The notes under the pieces: model-generated | Seen by the model: the letters and a program-made list of their open reading frames with translations, nothing else | What the model was told of the DNA's origin: nothing | The model's database searches: none | Shown here: in pieces, positions 1 to 7,558 of the stretch | Layout: each line of letters starts with the position of its first letter | Numbering within the stretch: position 1 is the stretch's first letter | Program-made: the position numbers and the translations under genes | Source: Vulcanimicrobiota bacterium | GTDB taxonomy: Bacteria > Vulcanimicrobiota > Vulcanimicrobiia > Vulcanimicrobiales > Vulcanimicrobiaceae | Direction of reading: 5' to 3' | NCBI GenBank assembly: GCA_963726285.1 | Contig: CAVSBV010000004.1 | Location: forward strand, 18,659-82,658 | Length of the DNA stretch: 64,000 nt

Positions 1-91
1 CCGTTGGTATACGCTCGAAATAAAGATTCTCCGCAAGCATCTCCGCGAGCGTCTTCTCGTCGCTCACCGGGGATGCGATAACGCCCCGCAT
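1..91 (-). CDS. hypothetical protein, N-terminal 30 codons only (gene runs off the left edge)
   Basis: Minus-strand ATG at 91-89, open to position 1: MRGVIASPVSDEKTLAEMLAENLYFERIPT. No family recognised. Confidence 0.3.
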   Translation of the reverse strand, partial: MRGVIASPVSDEKTLAEMLAENLYFERIPT

Positions 92-277
92 ATGCACGTC
101 TCATAGACCCTACCCATGCGCGCACCGTTCGCTTGCTTACTGCGCGCCCCTTCGCTGGCGGCGAGAAAACGGGAATCGGGACGCGCAAGGTTTGCGCGAT
201 TGCGGATGTGTCCACGTGTACGGAGTCGCTCGCATCCTTACGTTCGCGTCGATGCACATTGTAGAAACCTCGCGCTG

Positions 278-315
278 AAAAATCAAACCGCGGGGCGCTT
301 ACGCGATCCCCGCGG
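278..315 (-). terminator. rho-independent terminator candidate
   Basis: 8-bp GC stem ccgcgggg (288-295) / ccccgcgg (308-315). On the minus strand it is followed by tttgattttt (287-278). Confidence 0.5.
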
Positions 316-466
316 CACCGCGGAATGAGTTTCGGGCTTGCGCCTTGCGTTGCTACGTCCGCGGAGGTCTTCATCGTTCCGCACGGGCGCCGCCGCACGC
401 GAGTACGGCGACGTCGAGCGTCGCTTCTACAAAAGCAATTCTTTACAAATACCAAGGCGGATTTTG

Positions 467-495
467 TTGCCCGAATTATCACGCCGTGATATACT
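467..495 (+). promoter_or_regulatory. sigma70-like promoter candidate
   Basis: TTGCCC (467-472), 17-nt spacer, TATACT (490-495), with TG at 487-488 as an extended -10. Confidence 0.35.
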
Positions 496-605
496 AGTGG
501 TACGCAGGAATAGCGTTAAAATCCCCCCGTAGAGGTACGCCGGTGCTTGACGCCGGCCGCAGGGCCGCCTCCTAATAACACCGCAGCGCCGCACGGCCGC
601 GCACG

Positions 606-950
606 TTAGGAGCCCGCGATATGGAACACTGCAACTTCGGCGCCCTCGTCCTCGATTTCGTAGAACAGATTTACGACGTGCGCGGCCGCGAGCTTCATCC
701 TCCGGTCGGCGGCATGGCGCTTGCGCTTGAACACGGCTTCCGCGTATCTGCTGCAGCGCACGTGTTCGTAATGGTCACCCGGATAGGCCGGCCGCGTTCC
801 GCGCGCGAGCGCCTGGCCGAACTCTCGGTCGTAACCCAGCGCTTTTGCGAATGCGCAGACGCACAGCGGGAACTCTACGGGCTTCGTGCCGGTGGCTGCG
901 TAAGATGCGGAATTTCGCAAAACTCGCAACCCTTGCGCTGCTCGCTGCAA
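606..950 (-). CDS. hypothetical protein (C-terminal end faintly RelE/ParE-like)
   Basis: 114-aa ORF. The composition from TKPVEF onward is protein-like and it ends NLFYEIEDEGAEVAVFHIAGS. A minus-strand terminator lies downstream at 278-315. The start is uncertain (the first ~18 codons have poor GC3). It competes with the antisense ORF 621-1031. Confidence 0.35.
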   Translation of the reverse strand: MQRAAQGLRVLRNSASYAATGTKPVEFPLCVCAFAKALGYDREFGQALARGTRPAYPGDHYEHVRCSRYAEAVFKRKRHAADRRMKLAAAHVVNLFYEIEDEGAEVAVFHIAGS

Positions 951-1084
951 TCGGCGTCGGGTGCGCCGGCGGCAGCGGATCTTCTCCTCTCCCGGCCACA
1001 GCTTCGACAGCCGCCCCTTCGCCGATCGTAACCGCGGCGCCGGCGCAGACGACGCAACCGCTCACGATTTCATATAGTATATAA
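905..1084 (+). CDS. short lipoprotein-like ORF, possibly an N-terminal remnant of a larger lipoprotein
   Basis: MRNFAKLATLALLAAIGVGC (lipobox) then a Ser/Pro/Ala linker, ending TISYSI after 59 aa. It resembles the N-termini of the lipoproteins at 15493-16569 and 16566-17057. Confidence 0.3.
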   Translation: MRNFAKLATLALLAAIGVGCAGGSGSSPLPATASTAAPSPIVTAAPAQTTQPLTISYSI

Positions 1085-1161
1085 ATACAGCCCCAGCGAC
1101 CGGCTCGCAGGAGATTCTGAAAAATGCGTACCCGACCCATTGCGTCACCCCGACTCCGTAA

Positions 1162-1695
1162 ATGCCGCCTAGCATGACCTATCACAACTGTTGGGTTGAG
1201 ATTAAAATCGGAGCGGAAACGAAGTATTTCCGCGACGTGACCGTGATTCGTAAGGGACAGCAAAAGACGGCAATGGTAATCCTTCCAGGCGGTACTTCCG
1301 TGCGCAAGCGCGTTGGTGTTACATTGCGGTATGAAACGCAGGCTCAACGCCGTGAAAACGCGCGGCGGCAGAGGTCGAGCTTGAATGAGTCGCTACGCAA
1401 AGGATATTATCTCAAGATTCGCAAGCGTGATCTCCACGCTAAGTTCTCGGCCGTGCCCACGATGGACCAAAGGGCGTGGGTCGCGATCCAAGGCGTTGCG
1501 ATCGTTGGAATTATTCCGATGCGGCGCGATACTGGAGATTTTGAGGCTTACCGCGCACAGTCACGCGAAGCGCTCGCCAAATTGGGGACGGTAATCGGCG
1601 GCGAAGTCCGCTACGGCGGCGTGTTTCGGCCAAGCAAGCCGTTGGAATTGTCCGCACGAGACCGCCTCGCACTCGCCGCACTGTATCCCGCGTAA
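1162..1695 (+). CDS. hypothetical protein
   Basis: 177-aa ORF (alternative ATG at 1174) with protein-like, Lys/Arg-rich composition. No family recognised. Confidence 0.5.
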   Translation: MPPSMTYHNCWVEIKIGAETKYFRDVTVIRKGQQKTAMVILPGGTSVRKRVGVTLRYETQAQRRENARRQRSSLNESLRKGYYLKIRKRDLHAKFSAVPTMDQRAWVAIQGVAIVGIIPMRRDTGDFEAYRAQSREALAKLGTVIGGEVRYGGVFRPSKPLELSARDRLALAALYPA

Positions 1696-1838
1696 AACAC
1701 GGCCCCCACCACCTCCACCACGGCCGGGTGACATGATTCGCGACGTGCGCGTCGACGAATCCGTCGTCGTCGTTTGAGACCGGGAAACTATACCGGTGGA
1801 CGCAACAGAAAGGCCCGCCTGTGAAGTGGAGGCGAGCC

Positions 1839-1878
1839 CGTGGTCGCAAAACGAGCTAGCGACCACGCCTTTTATTTT
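1839..1878 (+). terminator. rho-independent terminator candidate
   Basis: 9-bp stem cgtggtcgc (1839-1847) / gcgaccacg (1859-1867), followed by ttttatttt (1870-1878). Confidence 0.5.
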
Positions 1879-2122
1879 CGACGCAACAGCACGCTGCGTC
1901 CCACGACCGACACGAAGTCGATACAGAATCTCTACGCGAAGGGCCCCTTAGAAAAGCAAACACCACCGTTCGAAGTTTCCAGGCCCTGACGGTGGTGCAT
2001 TGCTCTCGACTCGGGTTGTCGATGGCGATCTTACACGACCTTCTATGCGCGAGTCAACTCGACCGGGCCGCCTCGGAGGGCGCGTATGTGCGACTATGAT
2101 GCCGGTGCCGACGGGCGCAATG

Positions 2123-2548
2123 TCAGTGTCGTAGACGGCCAATGGTGCTCACGTCGAGCCTCGCCGCGTCCCGATAGTCCTTAGATTCGTCGCATTCGGC
2201 CGCGTTGCACCTATGCCGCTCCCACTGCGACGCCGTCGACGGCATTCCGCGATGGCGAGATAACGCAGCTTCTCTGCCTGTTGCATCCCGTCGAGCGCTT
2301 CCCGGGCCGACTTGGGGCACTCGCTCTCGCGGACCAACCGCTCCAGGTGCAGCCTGGATATCGAATAGACGCGAGCGTCGTCGTCGGCGAGCAAGGCGAA
2401 CTTGTCGCTCTCTTCGTCGTGCGCGATAAACGAGGGCGTCGGAGGTTATTCGCAACATCACGCGATGCCCGACGAGATCGCGCTGGCATATCGGGCAGAC
2501 GTTCCCGTTCGCGGACACGAGCTTACGCCGCCTCAACCGCATCGCCAT
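2123..2548 (-). pseudogene. small Cys-containing gene apparently disrupted by two compensating frameshifts
   Basis: High GC3 runs in the frame of ORF 2123-2548 from 2548 to ~2452 (KLVSANGNVCPICQRDLVGH). It switches to the frame of ORF 2149-2394 from ~2445 to ~2240 (FIAHDEESDKFALLADDDARVYSISRLHLERLV). It then returns to the first frame to 2123 (WERHRCNAAECDESKDYRD). Confidence 0.4.
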
Positions 2549-4526
2549 CGACGATGCCGAGGACTTCGTCCGTCAGCACCGGGAATGTGCAGATGTCGCG
2601 CATTTCGATGCCGTTGACTTTGGTGACGACGAGCGCCGTCGCTTCGATGCCCGAACCGTGGATATCGTCGTCGTCGGCGTACGTCTCGACCTGCGCCGCG
2701 CCGTCCTCGCTCGTCGAGTAGACGCCGAGCGAGGCCCACGCGTCGCCATCCATGATAGTCTCGTCGTGCTCTCCGTATTGCGTTCCGGCGCTGCCGAACC
2801 GCTGCACGACGAACTGCGTTGCGATGCTATGCGGATGAAACCCGCCCGAGAAAATGCTCATCGCGTTCCTCGTCATGTACGGCACCTTCGCGGTGCCGAG
2901 GTGCTTCGTGTAGAACTCGCGCGACGTCGGGTCTGAGAGACTGAAGCAAACGAAATTAGAAAACGAGTTCATTATATCGCGCATAGCGGCGGCTCCGACG
3001 GCTTGTTCGAGGCTCGACCGGCTCTGAATCGCGATAAGCCCCGCGCATTTCGATTCCCGGATTTCTCTCCAGGCTTTGCCGTGCTGCGCGCTGGCCATAC
3101 TAACGTACTCGTCGCATCCAACCACGACGAGGTTGTTGTGTTTGTCGAGACGTTCAGACGCGAACATCCCGATTTGCTGGAAGGTGATATTGTGCACTAG
3201 ACGGGCCGCGTCGGGGTAATCTTTTTCGTTGATTTCCACGATCAAAATCTTGCCGTCGTTGAGAACGTCGAGCGTTACGTCGTCCTTCGAGCCGAAGGCC
3301 TCGCAAATCTCAGCCGTCCCGATGAGGGCGTTGAGATACGGCTCGATAGTGTGGTAGATGCCCGCGGTGGTCTCATTGCCGCTGCTGCCCGAAGTCGCCT
3401 CGAACGTCAGCTTATAAGGGCCGTCGAAATACCGCAACGAAGACTTGATACTGTCGAGACGCTGTCTCGCCGCTCTGTCGGGGTTCGGAATCGCGGAGAG
3501 TTGGTCGTACACCGACGCGGCGTGCATGAGCATCGACTGCAGACCGTCCGACCCTGCGAAAAGCGCTTCGTACAGCCCATCGGGCGCGTACGAGCACTTC
3601 AACGAACGCGGGCGCTCCTGTTCTACGCCCGTAACCGGATCCTTGATTTTCAGCGGCGGGAGCGCGAGGATGACCGGGCCGATGCCTTTTAACAACGAGC
3701 AATAGTTTTTCACGAGATTAGACGGAGCCGTGCGCCAAAATTCGCTGCTGTCGTTGCCGATCGCGTCGCGGAAACCAGCGCCGATGGCGTTCGGCGTCAT
3801 CGTGCCGAAGAGGTTCATGGACCGCTTGCCAGGGCCGACGACGATAACATCGTCGGGCGAACGACCCGCGCGGCGCGCGACGGCGCGCACCTGCTTCGTC
3901 ATCGTCTTTTTCACGACGAAAACGACGGCACCCGTCGTCAAATCGCGGAGCGCATCTTCCAACGCCTTGAGCCACGCGCCGCGTGTCTTCGCTGAGCCAG
4001 GAGCACCTTCGACAAGAATCCCTTGACACGCCTGATGAGCGCCGATATAGATCGGCGTATTCGCAGCGGGAAAGCCGTGCTTCTTGTCCCAGCGCGCGCT
4101 ATGGAGATACGCGGTCGTCGCGCCGAGACCGACATGGAACTCTTTCTTCGCATCGGCGATATACGCTCGATGCTCGGCAGGCGTCAGCGTATGGCGACCC
4201 TGCGCCGCTTTCGCGTTGCGCCTCGCGAGCATCGGCAGGCAGTAGAGAACGATAACGACGCACCCGACGACGAGAAACACGATGCCCCATCCGTCAATGG
4301 AGCCGAACGCCCCGAGGAGCGAAACGCCCCACAGCGTGATCGCAAGGCCGATCCACGCCTGCACCATGTCGCCGAACTTCGCGGGAGTCGTAATGTGCCA
4401 CGCGTTCCACGAACGCAGCCTGAGCCGTTCGTAGTAGCAGCGGCCGTACACGAGCACTGACGCACGCGGACCTGTCGGCCCAAATGCAAGTGCTAGACCG
4501 ACGAGCATGACGATGATACCGAGCAT
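2523..4526 (-). CDS. traG: type IV secretion coupling protein (VirD4/TraG/TraD-family ATPase)
   Basis: 667 aa from ATG 4526, with AGGGGA about 8 nt upstream. The longer 744-aa ORF extension is Arg-rich and overlaps the preceding gene. N-terminal TM helices (MLGIIVMLVGLALAFG, WGIVFLVVGCVVIVLYCL), Walker A GAPGSAKT, Walker B-like LVVVGCDEY. Confidence 0.85.
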   Translation of the reverse strand: MLGIIVMLVGLALAFGPTGPRASVLVYGRCYYERLRLRSWNAWHITTPAKFGDMVQAWIGLAITLWGVSLLGAFGSIDGWGIVFLVVGCVVIVLYCLPMLARRNAKAAQGRHTLTPAEHRAYIADAKKEFHVGLGATTAYLHSARWDKKHGFPAANTPIYIGAHQACQGILVEGAPGSAKTRGAWLKALEDALRDLTTGAVVFVVKKTMTKQVRAVARRAGRSPDDVIVVGPGKRSMNLFGTMTPNAIGAGFRDAIGNDSSEFWRTAPSNLVKNYCSLLKGIGPVILALPPLKIKDPVTGVEQERPRSLKCSYAPDGLYEALFAGSDGLQSMLMHAASVYDQLSAIPNPDRAARQRLDSIKSSLRYFDGPYKLTFEATSGSSGNETTAGIYHTIEPYLNALIGTAEICEAFGSKDDVTLDVLNDGKILIVEINEKDYPDAARLVHNITFQQIGMFASERLDKHNNLVVVGCDEYVSMASAQHGKAWREIRESKCAGLIAIQSRSSLEQAVGAAAMRDIMNSFSNFVCFSLSDPTSREFYTKHLGTAKVPYMTRNAMSIFSGGFHPHSIATQFVVQRFGSAGTQYGEHDETIMDGDAWASLGVYSTSEDGAAQVETYADDDDIHGSGIEATALVVTKVNGIEMRDICTFPVLTDEVLGIVDGDAVEAA

Positions 4527-4528
4527 GA

Positions 4529-4834
4529 TCAGTTGTCCCCTGTGCGCGACGTATCCGCCACGTCCCGCCCCTTCGCCGCCCTGGGCCGCGGATTGAGATG
4601 CGGCAGCGGTCGGTCGTACTCGTCCTTGAGCATCGCACGCAGTTCCGCGGCGCTCGCGACTGCGAGATACCGCGAGAAGATGCGAACGTGGCGAACGTGG
4701 TCGACGTACCACGAGACCGTGACGATGACGAGCAGCACCAACATGACGCCAAAGCAAACGGAATAGTTGATGCTCGGGTCCGTTGTGAACGCGTCGGGTT
4801 GGAGCACGAACGGCGGGGGAGTAGGCGCGGTCAT
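4529..4834 (-). CDS. small membrane protein
   Basis: 101 aa with high GC3 and one TM helix (VCFGVMLVLLVIVTVSWYV). ATGA start/stop overlap with the upstream gene. Confidence 0.6.
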   Translation of the reverse strand: MTAPTPPPFVLQPDAFTTDPSINYSVCFGVMLVLLVIVTVSWYVDHVRHVRIFSRYLAVASAAELRAMLKDEYDRPLPHLNPRPRAAKGRDVADTSRTGDN

Positions 4835-5352
4835 CGTGGGCCTCCGTGATGGATGGAAAACCGATAATATTTCGTGTCGGACTGGCGCTGCTCGATCTCG
4901 CCCTGTGTCTTGCCCTGCGCGTACGCGAGCGTCGACGCAGTACGGATCTCCGCGATGCGCGTCGACGGCGAAAGTGCGATTACCGTCACGATAAAGAGCG
5001 GAATGAGGATGTATGTGTGAAGGATCGATGAAAACTCGATGCGCGTATGCGCGGTCTTCGCGTTCCGCTCCACGCCGGTGATGACGGCCGCAGCAATCGG
5101 CTGGGCGATCTCGTCGCTCTTGCCGGCGACCGTATCCGTCGCCTTGCGAATCTCGGCGAGCGCTTCATCGATGCGTCGTTCCGTTTCCGCGAGGCGCTGC
5201 TCCATCGGAATCGTTCCGACGGATGACAGCACGGAGATGACCCATTCGGGCGCTTCGGGCGTTAGGCCAAGCGCCGCGTTTAAGTCCGCGAGCTTGCCCT
5301 CAAGCTGCGTGCCTTCGAGCGCCTTCCGCAAGGTTTCGTACGCTGCGCTCAT
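4831..5352 (-). CDS. coiled-coil membrane protein
   Basis: 173 aa from ATG 5352 (ATGA overlap with the parA stop). Helical N-half and a C-terminal TM helix (ILIPLFIVTVIALS). The longer 262-aa ORF overlaps parA. Confidence 0.55.
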   Translation of the reverse strand: MSAAYETLRKALEGTQLEGKLADLNAALGLTPEAPEWVISVLSSVGTIPMEQRLAETERRIDEALAEIRKATDTVAGKSDEIAQPIAAAVITGVERNAKTAHTRIEFSSILHTYILIPLFIVTVIALSPSTRIAEIRTASTLAYAQGKTQGEIEQRQSDTKYYRFSIHHGGPR

Positions 5353-6128
5353 CGTGGCTGCGTCACCGCAGACTTCGTTGTCGCGCCGACGGGTAACGCG
5401 AGGACGTCCGCGACCTGCGCGACCGCGCCCTTCGCCGCCGTCAGCCATTTGGTCGCACGTCCGCGGTCGAGCACCTTCAGGTGCGGCGAATTGCCAGCGT
5501 CGTGAAAGCGCAGACGATGATAGGCGATCTCCGCCGCCACGCCGCTCTTGAGTAGCGGCAACTCGATCTCGCGGCTTCCGCCGGCGAGAAGGTCTGCCCG
5601 CGTCTTCGATGCGTTCCACTTTTCGAAGTCCTCGTCGTCGCCGAAGTCATGATTGACGACGAGCACATGTTGCGCGGCGGGGAAGTTTTTGCGGACCTTC
5701 GTCGCGTCGGACCACGTTTCGACCCACGGCGTAATCATGCTGACGAACGTCGTCGAGAAGCCGGCTGCAGCGACGATGGCGAACAGTCCGGCCTCGTCGT
5801 CGAGCGCCTTTAGCCCGCCGAGCGAGCCACCGGGCATGTCCACGATGAGATCGCGCCCGTGTGAGAGGTAGTTCGCAATCGCGTCTCGGGCCCGCACATC
5901 GTTGTGCCAATCGAGAGCCTGTACCCCGTCGAGCGGCTGCGGTTCAACCATGCGGCCTTCGGCGTCGCGGAGGCCGAGATGCTTGATGAACTGCCCGACC
6001 GAAAGGTCCGCGTCCACGAGGATCGCGCCCGTCTCCGCTTCGCGGTGGAGTTCGCCGATCAGGCGTGCGAACTTCGTCTTCGTTACGCCGCCTTTGGACG
6101 AGCTTATGATAATCGCTCGGGCACTCAT
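5349..6128 (-). CDS. parA: ParA/MinD-type partition ATPase
   Basis: 259 aa with the deviant Walker A SSSKGGVTKTK near the N-terminus. Confidence 0.8.
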   Translation of the reverse strand: MSARAIIISSSKGGVTKTKFARLIGELHREAETGAILVDADLSVGQFIKHLGLRDAEGRMVEPQPLDGVQALDWHNDVRARDAIANYLSHGRDLIVDMPGGSLGGLKALDDEAGLFAIVAAAGFSTTFVSMITPWVETWSDATKVRKNFPAAQHVLVVNHDFGDDEDFEKWNASKTRADLLAGGSREIELPLLKSGVAAEIAYHRLRFHDAGNSPHLKVLDRGRATKWLTAAKGAVAQVADVLALPVGATTKSAVTQPR

Positions 6129-6658
6129 CGTGGATCCTCCTCGAAGCCTGCGTGCTTCTGTGCGGTAGCTGGCGCCGTGCTCGGCGGCATTGGGGGCGGA
6201 ATTACTCTCTGCGCTTGCGTCGGCCGCGGCGGTGTATTAGTCCTCGATTGCTCGCACACGCGCTCGGGCGTTGCGCCGCCCTTACGCTCGTCGTGGTCGT
6301 GTCGATCCGCCCGGTCGCCCGCCCGGTGCGCTCTCGACGCCTTGCGCGGCGCCTTGCGCGCCTTCGGCTTGCCGACGATTTCGAGAATCGCAGCACGGAT
6401 GGTCTCGGTAGAAACCGTGCGGCCTTCCTCGTCGGCGACCGTGAACGCTTTCGCAATCGTGCCGGCCTGGATTCCGGCGTTATACTCGGCGATGATTCGC
6501 TCGCGTACCGGTTCCAGCGCTCGAAGCGTCGCGTTGTGCTTCTTCCGTTGCGTAAGTGTCGGAAGAATCTCGAAAGCTCTTGACGCAAGGCTCGTCAGCA
6601 GCGCCGCGTCTCCACGCGTACGCCGCTCGTTGCTCTTCGCAGTATTTGTCTCGCTCAT
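6125..6658 (-). CDS. hypothetical basic protein, first gene of the parA-T4CP operon (possible DNA-binding accessory)
   Basis: 177 aa with ATGA overlap onto parA. The C-terminal half is Arg/Lys/Pro-rich. No family recognised. Confidence 0.55.
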   Translation of the reverse strand: MSETNTAKSNERRTRGDAALLTSLASRAFEILPTLTQRKKHNATLRALEPVRERIIAEYNAGIQAGTIAKAFTVADEEGRTVSTETIRAAILEIVGKPKARKAPRKASRAHRAGDRADRHDHDERKGGATPERVCEQSRTNTPPRPTQAQRVIPPPMPPSTAPATAQKHAGFEEDPR

Positions 6659-7099
6659 CGACGCGGATCATACGAATCCGACGACCCGTTGGCAAGCGAA
6701 ATCCCGCGATCGATCACTATTCGATCAAAAGCTCGTCGTCCGTTTGTTTTCCCGTCCTTCGAAATACTCGATGAAAATGCCCAATAAACAAAGGCCGAAT
6801 CCGGTTCGCAGTCTCGTTCTATCGTCCGATGAACCGCTCGACGACGATAGCGTTCCTCTCCGTTATATTTTTCTCGTCTTCGTTATCGGCGAAGGGCAGA
6901 GGTGGTTCGTTCGCTTTTGCTCTTATGTTCGATGCCGGGCTCGGTGATATTCGTCGTTTCGCAAGTTGAGTGTCGGCACTAATCATCGTATTCTCGGCAA
7001 GAGCCTGGAAACGTTTGAAAACCCTAGTACAGGTTGGTTTGCAAGCAAAAACCTGCGCCTGCGGCGGGCCTCGCAGACGCGAGAGGAGAGACGACGACG
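6659..7099. promoter_or_regulatory. divergent promoter region and candidate oriT
   Basis: 441-bp comparatively AT-rich gap between the divergent parA-T4CP and mobC-traA operons. Inverted repeats: ctatcgtc (6819-6826) / gacgatag (6843-6850), and caggttggtttgc (7030-7042) / gcaaaaacctg (7045-7055). Confidence 0.35.
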
Positions 7100-7558
7100 A
7101 TGGAAGTGATGAAGGCCGAGGACCAGCCGGCGAGCGATGCGGCGCGTACGCTGCTCGACGGCTCCGTACGGGACGGAACGAAGACCGTGCGTGGCGCACG
7201 CCATGCTACGGAATCGATCCAGGCCCGCGTAACGAAGGAAGAGTTCGCCATCGTCGAGCGGCACCAGAAGAACGCCGGCTATGAGTCTCTCGCCGAATAC
7301 GTGCGTGCGGTCTGCGTGGCGCCGAAGGCCGTCGTGAATACGTCGGGAGCCGCCGATTATGCGCCCCTTGCGCCGATTCTCTACCTGTTCACACGTGCAG
7401 TAAACGCGACCGATGCGACGGCGAAAGACGAGGCGCTCGCGAAGGCCCATCGTGCGCTCACGGACTTTGTCTGCGACACGGGTAAGACGCATAAGCGCGA
7501 GGTCGCGGAGCGCGGCGTAGACCCTGAAGATTGGGAACGCGGCGGGCTTCGGCGATGA
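7100..7558 (+). CDS. mobC: MobC/TraJ-like ribbon-helix-helix relaxosome accessory protein
   Basis: 152 aa from ATG 7100, with GAGAGGAGAG 10 nt upstream. IQARVTKEEFAIVERHQKNAGYESLAEYVRAV matches the MobC-type RHH pattern. ATGA overlap with the relaxase start. Confidence 0.6.
   Translation: MEVMKAEDQPASDAARTLLDGSVRDGTKTVRGARHATESIQARVTKEEFAIVERHQKNAGYESLAEYVRAVCVAPKAVVNTSGAADYAPLAPILYLFTRAVNATDATAKDEALAKAHRALTDFVCDTGKTHKREVAERGVDPEDWERGGLRR

Noticed and set aside
1696-1838. Possible small RNA between ORF 1162-1695 and the terminator at 1839-1878
   Set aside because: The only evidence is a terminator about 145 nt downstream of the stop codon. I saw no promoter or conserved structure, so it is more simply a long 3' UTR.
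5904-6947. 347-aa plus-strand ORF across parA and its upstream gene
   Set aside because: It is antisense to two well-supported genes. Its Arg/Ser/Ala-rich composition is typical of shadow ORFs in high-GC DNA, and it has no motifs.
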